In this document: positions 19,190-29,000 of the stretch, piece by piece
Numbering within the stretch: position 1 is the first letter of the stretch
Layout: every line of letters starts with the position of its first letter
Source of the DNA: a virus
Taxonomy: Duplodnaviria; Caudoviricetes
DNA: 64,000 nt
Virus record (IMG/VR): IMGVR_UViG_3300015607_004160
Reading direction: 5' to 3' (one strand)
Notes under the pieces: model-generated
Database searches by the model: none
What the model saw: the letters and a program-made list of their open reading frames with translations, nothing else
Told to the model about the DNA's origin: nothing
Translations under genes and position numbers: made by a program

Positions 19190-21040
19190 ATGAAGTTAAG
19201 TATTATAACAAGGTGCTCCCGCCTTAACAATTTAAGAAAGGTTAAAGATTCTATATTCACAACTGATAAGTTTGATATTACATGGTATGTAATGTTTGAT
19301 TCCACAGTATTAAAAGATGTTGATGCAGAAATATTAGCAGAAATACAAGAAAAGCAAAGCAAAATATTTTTCATAAAAAGTATTCCTGGTGACTTTGGTC
19401 ATCAAATGATAAACAAAGCTATTTCTGATATTCAAGAGGGATTTATTTTTGTTTTAGATGATGATAATATTATACACGAAGATTTCTATGAAAATCTATA
19501 CACATCCATCAGAAATAATCCCGATAAAAGAGGATTTGTCTTTAATCAAAGAATCGATGGTAAAGATTTTACTGGTCAAGAAATTAGATATTGTGCCCCC
19601 GAAAGAATGAAGGTTAGTCAGGTAGACATGGCTCAAGTTGTATTTGAAAGAGGTTTAATTGGTAGTATACGACTTAATCCAATGAACTATATAGCTGATT
19701 CAATTTATATTGAAGAAGTATATAATAGAAATAATCCTAATGACTTTTATTTCATTAACAAAATAATGTGCTATTATAATTATCTACAAGGTAAAAGAGG
19801 AGCAAGTGTTCCAAAAATATTATACATTGGTGAAGGTCAACCAGAAATAAAATCAAATCAAAGAGCTTGGTGGGAATCTGATGCTTTAGATATTTTGTAT
19901 AGAAATGATGATACTTCTTTAAATAAAGATATTTATAACTTTGATCCTGATTTTATTGTTACTGTTGGAAATAAAGAGAATAAAAATTTAGTTAATTCAA
20001 ATTTAGATATTAAAAAAAGATGGATCAATTTAAATAGTCTTGATCAGATAGGTGAGATTGTATATAATTCTTCAATGAATTATATCTTGGAAAATAATAA
20101 TAAAAAGTTAGTTTCTTTCTTCACTCCAATTTATAATATTACTGACAAATTAGTAAGATTATATGAATCAATAGCTGCCCAAACGCATACTAATTGGGAG
20201 TGGGTATTAGTAAATGATTCATCCGATGGGGGCAAAACACTTAAAGTTGCAGAAGGATTGGCAGCAAAAGATCCAAGAGTTAAAGTTTACGACTTTAGAG
20301 AGAAGAGCAAGGGAATTATTGGTGAATCAAAATATAGAGCTGCTATGTTATGTAGAGGATACATATTAGCTGAGCTTGATCATGATGATTATATTACTCC
20401 CGATAGTGCTGAACTTTTATTAAAAGCATTTGATAAATATCCAGATGCTGGATTTGTATATACTGATTGTGTTGAAATAACCGAAGATTGGAAAACATTA
20501 ACATATGGTGATGGTTTTTGTTTTGGATATGGAAAATATAGAAAGGAAATGCATATGGGAATAGAGATGGATGTTAATGAGTCACCAAATATTAATCCTA
20601 AAACAATAAGGCACATTGTTGGAATTCCTAATCACATAAGATGCTGGAAGAGAGAAACATATTTAAAAATTGGTGGCCACAATAGAAGACTATCAATTGC
20701 TGATGATTATGAATTAATAATTAGAACATTTTTAGAAACAAAGTTTGTAAGAATTGTCAAGAATTGTTATCTGCAGTTTATTTATAACTCAACTGCATCA
20801 TCCAATACACATGAGTTATCAAGAGCTGATATACAAAGAAGAGTCAGGTCAATTGCTGATTTTTACAACTATAAAATTTATAAAAGATTTGAAGAGCTAG
20901 GTATAGAAGATTGGGCATATAAAGGAAACCAAGCTAATCCACTGTTGGTACCTAGTAGATTCGGGGATGAAGAAGGATCAGTCAACTATACATACTATCC
21001 TGAAAATCAATCAGTTAGTGCTGAGGGTTTGGTTTTTTAA
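19190..21040 (+). CDS. Two-domain GT2-like glycosyltransferase
   Basis: N-terminal LDDDN; second domain VSFFTPIYN...WEWVLVNDSSD...ELDHDD...ADDYEL. Confidence 0.85.
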   Translation: MKLSIITRCSRLNNLRKVKDSIFTTDKFDITWYVMFDSTVLKDVDAEILAEIQEKQSKIFFIKSIPGDFGHQMINKAISDIQEGFIFVLDDDNIIHEDFYENLYTSIRNNPDKRGFVFNQRIDGKDFTGQEIRYCAPERMKVSQVDMAQVVFERGLIGSIRLNPMNYIADSIYIEEVYNRNNPNDFYFINKIMCYYNYLQGKRGASVPKILYIGEGQPEIKSNQRAWWESDALDILYRNDDTSLNKDIYNFDPDFIVTVGNKENKNLVNSNLDIKKRWINLNSLDQIGEIVYNSSMNYILENNNKKLVSFFTPIYNITDKLVRLYESIAAQTHTNWEWVLVNDSSDGGKTLKVAEGLAAKDPRVKVYDFREKSKGIIGESKYRAAMLCRGYILAELDHDDYITPDSAELLLKAFDKYPDAGFVYTDCVEITEDWKTLTYGDGFCFGYGKYRKEMHMGIEMDVNESPNINPKTIRHIVGIPNHIRCWKRETYLKIGGHNRRLSIADDYELIIRTFLETKFVRIVKNCYLQFIYNSTASSNTHELSRADIQRRVRSIADFYNYKIYKRFEELGIEDWAYKGNQANPLLVPSRFGDEEGSVNYTYYPENQSVSAEGLVF

Positions 21041-23036
21041 TAGTTTTTTAGTATTTTTGTATAAATACACTAAATCGGAATTTGAAAAAGGATCTCCAAC
21101 AGCATATGTAAAATCAGGTAAAATGGGGTGGAAAGATGAAATATGTAGACATATGACCACTAATGGAAATAAATATAATAGATGTGTATATGCTATAGAG
21201 TTTTCAGATAGATCAGTTTACATAGGTCTATCTTATAATTCTGAGAAGAGATATAACCAGCATCTTGATGTTAAAAACAATTCAATTGTACTAAGACATC
21301 ACAAAAAAACAGGATTGATCCCAACTATTAAAAGACTGACAGAATATATTGATGTTGAAGAAGCTTCTAAATTAGAAAAATTAAAATTAAAGGAATATTT
21401 GAATGATGGGTGGCTAATATTAAACATTGCCAAATGTGGCAATGTCGGTGGAAAAACAATTAAATGGACAAAAGAGAGGTGTGAAGAGGAGTCAAATAAA
21501 TATAAATCACGCAATGAATTTAAAATAAACTCACCTCATGCATATAATGCTGCACGTAGAAATAAATGGATTGATGAAATATGTAATCATATGAATAACA
21601 ATATAACCAAATGGGATAGAAAATCTTGTGAAGAGGAGTCAAAAAAATTTAAAAATAGAGAAGAATTTAAGAAAAAGTCTAGTGGGGCATATGGATACGC
21701 GTATAGAAATGGATTGTTAGACATTTTTTTCACAAAGGAGATATTAGAAAAATATAGTGAAGAAGTATCATATTTACCATCATATGAAGAATGTGTTGAT
21801 ATATGCTCGTCTGATGATTCTCCATTTTATGAATCTAAGATAATAGTTGATGGGTATAACATAAGTATGTTTAATTATAGATTGGCATCATATAAAGATT
21901 TCCTAATTAAACCCTTCGCTAAGGAAATGAGAGGATTATGTTTTGTCTTTAATTCTGATGGGACTGTATATGATAGATTTATTCTACTAGAAAAATTTTT
22001 TAATTTAAATCAAGTTCCTGAGTCTATGTATTCAATTGTTAAAGACTACAAAATTAAATATGTAAATAATAAGGAAGATGGTTCAATTGCATCATTTATT
22101 AGGCTACCTAATGGTAAAATAGTCGGTAGAAGTAAAATGGGATTTGATAATGATCAAGCAATTGGTATTAATAAAGTATACAAAACAAATAGTGATATTA
22201 GGCAGTTTGTTAATTCAATGATGTCATTAAATTATGTGCCTATATTTGAATATGTTTCTAATTTCAATCGTGTTGTATTAAAATATTCAAAGGAGGAGTT
22301 AATTTTATTAAGATTAAGAGATAATAAGACTGGTAAACACATAGACATTAAAAATCATGTAGACAAGCTAGGATCAATTAAAATTGCTCCATTTAAAGAT
22401 GATTTCGTTGACTTAGATAGTTTAATTGAACTAACTGGAACAGAAGTTGATAAAGAAGGATATGTTGTCCAAGCAGTTGATGAAAATGGTAAAGACTTTT
22501 TCTTTAAGTTAAAGACACCTTGGTATTGTGAAAGACATGGATTACTAACTGAAGACTTATATAAAGAGAATATTATCTTAGGATATATTCTTGATGATAA
22601 GATTGATGACATTCTTGGACAAATTCCAGAAGATGAAAAAGAAGCTCGTGATAGAATCTATAAGTTGGTAGATATAGTTAAGAAGGCAATTGCTGAAAAA
22701 TCACATGATGTAGATAAATTATATGCAGAGTTTGTGAAGATGAATAGAAGTAAGAGAGATTTTGCCATTAAGTATTCAAGACATAAAGATTTTGCTATTG
22801 TTATGGAGCTAGTTAAAGCAGATGATTTGAAAAAATTAACTAAAGAAGAAATAGCTGATAGATATGCTAATATTGAAAGCTATGAAACACTACTTAATAG
22901 ATTAGATAAATATGAATTAATAAAATCTTGGATAAAAGACTCTACAAAGAGATTATTGTTAGCAAGAAACTGGATTAAGAAAATGGATCCTGAAATGTTT
23001 TTTAGAAATCCAATTGAAAATGAGGAAGACAATTAA
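20967..23036 (+). CDS. GIY-YIG endonuclease fused in frame to T4 Rnl1-like RNA ligase (start uncertain, possibly 21123)
   Basis: VYAIEF..VYIG...R...H and KWT.E.C..E repeats; then FNY, EMRG, EKFFN, KEDGS, FEY, EGYVV, KLK..WY Rnl1 motifs. Confidence 0.8.
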   Translation: MKKDQSTIHTILKINQLVLRVWFFNSFLVFLYKYTKSEFEKGSPTAYVKSGKMGWKDEICRHMTTNGNKYNRCVYAIEFSDRSVYIGLSYNSEKRYNQHLDVKNNSIVLRHHKKTGLIPTIKRLTEYIDVEEASKLEKLKLKEYLNDGWLILNIAKCGNVGGKTIKWTKERCEEESNKYKSRNEFKINSPHAYNAARRNKWIDEICNHMNNNITKWDRKSCEEESKKFKNREEFKKKSSGAYGYAYRNGLLDIFFTKEILEKYSEEVSYLPSYEECVDICSSDDSPFYESKIIVDGYNISMFNYRLASYKDFLIKPFAKEMRGLCFVFNSDGTVYDRFILLEKFFNLNQVPESMYSIVKDYKIKYVNNKEDGSIASFIRLPNGKIVGRSKMGFDNDQAIGINKVYKTNSDIRQFVNSMMSLNYVPIFEYVSNFNRVVLKYSKEELILLRLRDNKTGKHIDIKNHVDKLGSIKIAPFKDDFVDLDSLIELTGTEVDKEGYVVQAVDENGKDFFFKLKTPWYCERHGLLTEDLYKENIILGYILDDKIDDILGQIPEDEKEARDRIYKLVDIVKKAIAEKSHDVDKLYAEFVKMNRSKRDFAIKYSRHKDFAIVMELVKADDLKKLTKEEIADRYANIESYETLLNRLDKYELIKSWIKDSTKRLLLARNWIKKMDPEMFFRNPIENEEDN

Positions 23037-23046
23037 ATAAATTATT

Positions 23047-23361
23047 ATGAATAATATTAAAAGTTGGGAAGATTTGAATAGATATAAATCAATTATTAAA
23101 AGAATTAGAAAGGTATATTCTACCTTTACTAATATAGATGAATATGATATGTCTTCAATTACGGATAATGATGATATCATACTTCGTACGGGGTTTAATG
23201 ATAATGATTATATAAATTTTATTAAAAAATTAGAGGATGAATTTGAAATTCCTCTATTAATTAAATTTTGGAATAATGATCCAAAATTCATGGACTTAAC
23301 TGATGATAAATATTGTACATTTGATGGTATTGCGGAATATATCTATGGTATCGAAATTTAA
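23047..23361 (+). CDS. Acyl-carrier-protein-like protein lacking the DSL serine
   Basis: IT......TGFNDNDY..FI..LEDEFEI...TFDGIAEYI aligns by eye to ACP LG.DSLD..EL...LEEEF.I...TV.D..DYI. Confidence 0.45.
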   Translation: MNNIKSWEDLNRYKSIIKRIRKVYSTFTNIDEYDMSSITDNDDIILRTGFNDNDYINFIKKLEDEFEIPLLIKFWNNDPKFMDLTDDKYCTFDGIAEYIYGIEI

Positions 23362-23684
23362 TTTTCCTCATCTCGATCTTCTTCTACCTCACCCTCTTTT
23401 ATCCATCTGGTAAAATCAATATCATCAATTCTACCATATATCTCGTTATAAGGAACTACCTTTTTAATTATTACTCTTAGTAAATCAGGGTATAATTCAT
23501 CTTCCGTAATTTTGTGTCCAAGAACTTCTTCTAATTCTTCGGGAACAGTTAGCACCAATTCTTCAGAAGTATAAAAATAAGTAGCTTCATAATAGGTATC
23601 ATCATAAACTATTGATAACAATATCAATACACCATCTTCTAATTTACCCAAATATTCTAATATTGATACTTGAAATTTATCCAT
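23358..23684 (-). CDS. Hypothetical acidic protein
   Basis: 108-aa ORF. Confidence 0.65.
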   Translation of the reverse strand: MDKFQVSILEYLGKLEDGVLILLSIVYDDTYYEATYFYTSEELVLTVPEELEEVLGHKITEDELYPDLLRVIIKKVVPYNEIYGRIDDIDFTRWIKEGEVEEDRDEEN

Positions 23685-23898
23685 TTATTAAATCGCCTAA
23701 TTTTTCATCCCTTTCTTCTGCATTTTTATTTTTTAAATATCCACTTTTAATAAGTGTATTAAAAAAGGAAGTAGAAGATTGTATATCATGTGGATATATA
23801 TCCATCATTCTATTATAAAATTCAACTATTAAGTTAGCTTGGTCTTTATCAAGTTTAAATACCAAATCCATATCCAAATAGTAGTCACCAAAGTTCAT
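23677..23898 (-). CDS. Small hypothetical protein with C-terminal RDEKLGDLI motif
   Basis: 73-aa ORF overlapping its neighbours. Confidence 0.6.
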   Translation of the reverse strand: MNFGDYYLDMDLVFKLDKDQANLIVEFYNRMMDIYPHDIQSSTSFFNTLIKSGYLKNKNAEERDEKLGDLING

Positions 23899-24155
23899 AT
23901 TAATATTTCTAATTTTTTGATTTTATCATCGGTATCTGTAAAAACAATACTTACTTTATTAAGTTTTTTAATTTCTCTTGACTCGCCTGAAATTTCAGTT
24001 ACCATAACATCTTTTTTATAGAGTATATCAACAGCTGGTGTTTCTCCTAAGAACTTTTGCATATCTTGTGTGATTTTGTGAATTGACCAATCGTCATTCT
24101 TAAAGTCTATCTTGGAAAGATATTCTTTAATTGCGGTCACTTTTAATGATTCCAT
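23895..24155 (-). CDS. Hypothetical protein
   Basis: 86-aa ORF. Confidence 0.6.
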   Translation of the reverse strand: MESLKVTAIKEYLSKIDFKNDDWSIHKITQDMQKFLGETPAVDILYKKDVMVTEISGESREIKKLNKVSIVFTDTDDKIKKLEILI

Positions 24156-24164
24156 TTTTTTTGA

Positions 24165-24506
24165 TTATTTTATTTTAGATACTCCTCTATCTATAATATA
24201 GGTGTTATATCGTTCCAATAATTCAAAGTTGTTATGAGATTTTTCACATATCTCTCTAAAATCTTTCACTTGATCAATAGTCAGATCAAACCATTCTCCA
24301 TTAATTTTACTAAACTTAAAATGTTTATGTAGGTTTCTTTCTATTTTCGTTCCCCACTTTGAGGTAAATGTATCAACAATTTCAAATTCAGATGCATTAC
24401 CTGTTCTAAACTCTTTTATTCTTTTATATACTTCCCTTTTAGTATATCCTATTTTATACAACTTCTTATTATTAATTTCTGACGATACTATATACACATT
24501 ATACAT
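24165..24506 (-). CDS. T5orf172/MUG113-type GIY-YIG domain protein
   Basis: VYIV...YKIGYT...RIKE..TGN...IE..LH..F...GEWF. Confidence 0.8.
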   Translation of the reverse strand: MYNVYIVSSEINNKKLYKIGYTKREVYKRIKEFRTGNASEFEIVDTFTSKWGTKIERNLHKHFKFSKINGEWFDLTIDQVKDFREICEKSHNNFELLERYNTYIIDRGVSKIK

Positions 24507-24575
24507 GACTTATATATTATATCATCATATTCGTAATTGAAAAAATTAATATATAATAAAAATAAAAATGATAAT

Positions 24576-26054
24576 ATGGCCGGACCCAAATTAATTAAAG
24601 ATTTTCCTTCAGCTTCTGGTTTAAGTTCAAGTTTACTAATAGCCGTTGGTGATCCAAATACTGGAACATTATATAAAACAACATTAGCTGATCTTAATAT
24701 TGGGACTCAATCATTTGCTGGATTTCAAGGAGCAATAGGGCCAACTGGTGCTGGCGGTGGTGCACAGGGGCCAATAGGATCGACTGGTATACAAGGATTT
24801 CAAGGATTGCAAGGCAAACAGGGGTTTCAGGGTATAATTGGCAACCAAGGTTTACAAGGATTGCAAGGATATCAAGGATTTACTGGTGCGACTGGCAGGC
24901 AAGGATTGCAAGGGTTTCAAGGTCTCCAAGGTTTTCAAGGATTCCAAGGTCTCCAAGGTCTTCAGGGGCTTCAAGGTATACAAGGAAATGGTATAACAGG
25001 TTCACAGGGACTTCAAGGTAACCTTGGACCAACTGGTCCAGGTGGTGGTGCTCAGGGGCCTACTGGACTTCAAGGTGTTCAAGGGCCTCAAGGATTTATA
25101 GGCACAACTGGTGTTCAGGGATTCCAGGGTCTTCAAGGTCTTCAAGGCTTCCAAGGATTTATAGGAACAACTGGTGTTCAGGGTGCTCAAGGATTTATAG
25201 GCATAACTGGTTTACAAGGGCCTAGTGGTGGTGGAACCGGTAGTGGAGCTCAAGGCTTCCAAGGTCTTCAGGGTCTTCAAGGCTTTCAAGGCTTTCAAGG
25301 TCTTCAGGGTCTTCAAGGCTTTCAAGGTCTTCAAGGCTTTACAGGAGCAACTGGTAGACAAGGATTCCAGGGTCTTCAGGGGCTTCAAGGCTTCCAAGGA
25401 TTTATAGGAACAACTGGTGTTCAGGGTGCTCAAGGATTTATAGGCATAACTGGTTTACAAGGCTTCCAAGGTTTACAAGGCTTCCAAGGTCTTCAGGGTC
25501 TTCAAGGCTTTCAAGGCTTTACAGGAGCAACTGGTAGACAAGGCTTCCAAGGTCTTCAAGGACTTCAGGGTCTTCAGGGCTTCCAAGGTCTTCAGGGTGT
25601 TCAAGGCTTTACAGGAGCGACTGGTAGACAAGGCTTCCAAGGTCTTCAAGGACTTCAGGGTTTCCAAGGCCTTCAAGGTCCTAGTAGTGGAGGAACTGGC
25701 AGTGGATCTCAAGGATTCCAAGGTCCAACTGGAAATAATTCAAGTCCTATTATTGTAAATCAAATTACAGCTAGTTATAGTATAGTTCTTTCAGATGCAT
25801 ATAAAACATTAAAAATAACAGGAACAAATTCTATTTATATAATAATTCCAACTAATGCAAGTGTACCAATTCAAACAGGAGCAGTAGTCTTTTTTGAACA
25901 TTGGGGAACGGGAGTAGTTACAATTTCACCAACTAGCAGTGTAACTATGAATAGTATTGGTGGGGCAAATAAAATAACTGACCAGTATGGTTCAGCCTTT
26001 ATAAGAAAAGACGACACCAATACTTGGATATTAATAGGAGATATAACAACATAA
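24576..26054 (+). CDS. Collagen-like (Gly-X-Y) virion fibre protein
   Basis: Long run of G-[LF]-Q / GPT / GAT triplets; C-terminal domain ending DTNTWILIGD; start placed at MAGPK. Confidence 0.85.
   Translation: MAGPKLIKDFPSASGLSSSLLIAVGDPNTGTLYKTTLADLNIGTQSFAGFQGAIGPTGAGGGAQGPIGSTGIQGFQGLQGKQGFQGIIGNQGLQGLQGYQGFTGATGRQGLQGFQGLQGFQGFQGLQGLQGLQGIQGNGITGSQGLQGNLGPTGPGGGAQGPTGLQGVQGPQGFIGTTGVQGFQGLQGLQGFQGFIGTTGVQGAQGFIGITGLQGPSGGGTGSGAQGFQGLQGLQGFQGFQGLQGLQGFQGLQGFTGATGRQGFQGLQGLQGFQGFIGTTGVQGAQGFIGITGLQGFQGLQGFQGLQGLQGFQGFTGATGRQGFQGLQGLQGLQGFQGLQGVQGFTGATGRQGFQGLQGLQGFQGLQGPSSGGTGSGSQGFQGPTGNNSSPIIVNQITASYSIVLSDAYKTLKITGTNSIYIIIPTNASVPIQTGAVVFFEHWGTGVVTISPTSSVTMNSIGGANKITDQYGSAFIRKDDTNTWILIGDITT
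24720..25740 (+). repeat. 9-nt codon-triplet tandem repeats with about 65-nt internal duplications
   Basis: caaggtctt/caaggcttc units; the block ggatttataggaacaactggtgttcagggtgctcaaggatttataggcataactggtttacaagg occurs near 25155 and 25398. Confidence 0.85.
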
Positions 26055-26055
26055 T

Positions 26056-29000
26056 ATGGCAACAACATATTTTTTAGCAGCAACAGGAAGTGATGGGGGT
26101 TCTGGAACAATAGCTAGTCCGTGGTTTACATTAGAAAAAGTATTTGCTAGCGCTAGCTTTGGTGATACCATTTATATGAGAGGAGGAACCTATGCATATA
26201 CTAGTCAACAAGATATTATTGGGAAAAGTGGAACAGCTAGTGCTCTTATAAATTTATGGGCATATCCAGGTGAAACACCGATAATAACAAGATCCTCATC
26301 TTATATACCAACAATTGGTGTTCAGACCGACTTAATCTATATGGAGAATTGTTCTTATTTACATATAAAAGGAATAGACATATCATACTATACGCAGAGT
26401 GCAACATTAGATTATTGGTTTGCTTTTAGGGGAAATGATTTATCAAATTGCATATTTGAAAATATAAATTATCATGATAATGGAGGCGCTTTTACACTTA
26501 GAGGAGATGGCACAACAGGGAACTTATTTTTAAATTGTGACTTCTACAGAAACCAAGATCCATACTCCGGAACACCATATGATGGAGCTGACGGATTAAA
26601 TATTACATATGTTGGTAATACTGCCGCAGTAAATACAGTTAGAAACTGTAGGGCATGGTGGAATGCAGACGACGGATTTGATTTTTGGCATAATGAGGGA
26701 TATGTACTCATTGAAAACTGTTGGTCTTTTTATAATGGATACATACCTGGAACCTTTGTAACGGCTGGTAATGGATCTGGATTTAAATTAGGTGAAACAG
26801 TAACGACATCCACATCAGTAAAAAGAGAAGTAAAAAATTGTTTAGCATTTAAAAATAGAAGCTGGGGAATTGTCGAGAACAATTCCTTGGTCAATATGAA
26901 TATATTTAATAATACCTGTGTGCAAAATGGTGGGGCTAATGGATCTGGTGGGGGATTAAATTTTTGGTTTGGAGCTTGGGGAGCAAGTCCAAAAACATTT
27001 AAAAATAATATATCATATGATTCTGGTACACTATTTGGTGATGTATGGCATACTTTTGGGACAGATGCCATACATAGCAATAATACATGGACACCTGGTT
27101 TTACAGTAAGTTCTAAAGATTTTGTTAGTATAGATGATTCAGTGCTGACAAAACGCAGGCAAAATAATAATGGGTTACCAGAGAATGTCTTTCTTAAACT
27201 ATCAAATAATTCCTCACTTAGAAATACTGGAACCTATGTAGGTATTACATATTCTGGAACAGGACCAGATATTGGGTATTTTGAGTCCAGTGGGAAATAT
27301 TATTTTATATCTCCTACAGGTAGTGATACTCTCGGATATGGATCACTTACCTCATCATGGTTTTCATTAAATAAAGTTTGGTCTATTGGTCCAACAGGAG
27401 GAGACACAATTTATTTAAGGGGCGGAACTTATACACATACAGTACAACAGTACCTAACCGGAAGAAATGGTGCATCTAGCAGTCCAATAAAAGTATATTC
27501 ATATCTTGATGAGTCACCAGCAATAACAAGAGGTGTTACTTTTGATAAAAGTGCTGGATGGCATAGAGGAATGGTATATTTTTCTGGTAATTATTTTCAT
27601 TGGAAGGGTATTAAGTTTACTGGAATGTATACAGATGATAACCAAGTTGATGCCGGATTTCAAACATGGGATGTAAATAACTGTCTTTTTGAATTGCTTG
27701 AATCATATAATAATGTTCAAGGAATGACCATTGAAAATGATAGTTCAAATAATTTGGTATTGAATTCAGATTTCCATGATAACTACAGCAATTATGGGGG
27801 TAGCAATGGTGGTAATAGTGATGGTTTAGCCCTTACATATATAACTAATACCAGTTCAACTAATACTGTTAGAGGTTGTAGGGCATGGAATAACGGGGAT
27901 GATGGCTTTGATACATTTGAAGATAGTGGATATGTATTGATTGATAATTGTTGGTCATGGCATAATGGTTTTATATATGGTGGTCTGACAATGGCTGGTA
28001 ATGGATGCGGTTTCAAGTTGGGTTCTGACTTTTTGACCACCCCAGCTAATGTTGGTATAGTTAAAAGAAGATTACAGAATTGTTTGGCATGGGATAATGG
28101 ACATCAAAATTCTTCTGGTGGTGCAGCTGGTGTACATATTAATGAAGCGGATCACTCTTGTGAAATATATAATTGTACCTTCTTTGATAATGGTATTACT
28201 GGTATGAATTTCCATTATAATAATAGAGTCCATTATTTTAGAAATGTAATTTCATTTAATAATGGAAGTAAAGACGTAGAAGTAAGCACTAATAGTATAT
28301 CATCAAATTGTAGTTATGGGGTTGCTGGAACTAGTGATGCTCTATCAGGTTGGACAAACAATGTTTCATCTTCCGATTTTGTTAGTATAACACCAACTGG
28401 TGTTACTTCATCAAGAGATATTGATGGTAATTTACCTATTATAACATTTTTAAATTTAACCGAAGGCAGTAATAAAATAGATTCTGGAACATATGTTGGA
28501 TTAACATATGCAGGTTCCGCACCTGATAGAGGAGCTTTTGAATATGGATTATTAAGATCTTTTTTTTCTGGTGATTCTGGTGGAACTAGCAGTGGAACTA
28601 ATTCATCTCCAATCGTAAACGCTGGGACAGACCAGGTTATAACTCTACCTACAACAAGTGCTACATTAGTTGGAACCGCCAGTGATTCAGATGGATCTAT
28701 AGCAGCATATCAATGGGTGCAGACCGGTGGAGTATTATCAACAATTGTTTCTCCCTCATTATATACAACAGTAGTTACTGGGCTAACCTCAACTGGAATA
28801 AGAACATTTACATTAATTGCTACTGATGATGCTGGTGCAACCTCATCTGATAGTGTTAATATCACAACATATGATGCATCAATCCACTACATGACAGTAG
28901 TTCTTAAACATATGATAGGAATACTATCATTTTCTTATAATGCGCCACCATCATCATTGATAACTATAACATTTAGTAATGTAACCAACTGGCAAGAAAA

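Noticed and set aside
24720-25740. Repeat-rich stretch as a CRISPR array or DGR template/variable pair
   Set aside because: The repeats are in-frame Gly-X-Y codons with no unique spacers and no adenine-specific mismatch pattern; no reverse transcriptase or cas gene is in the window.
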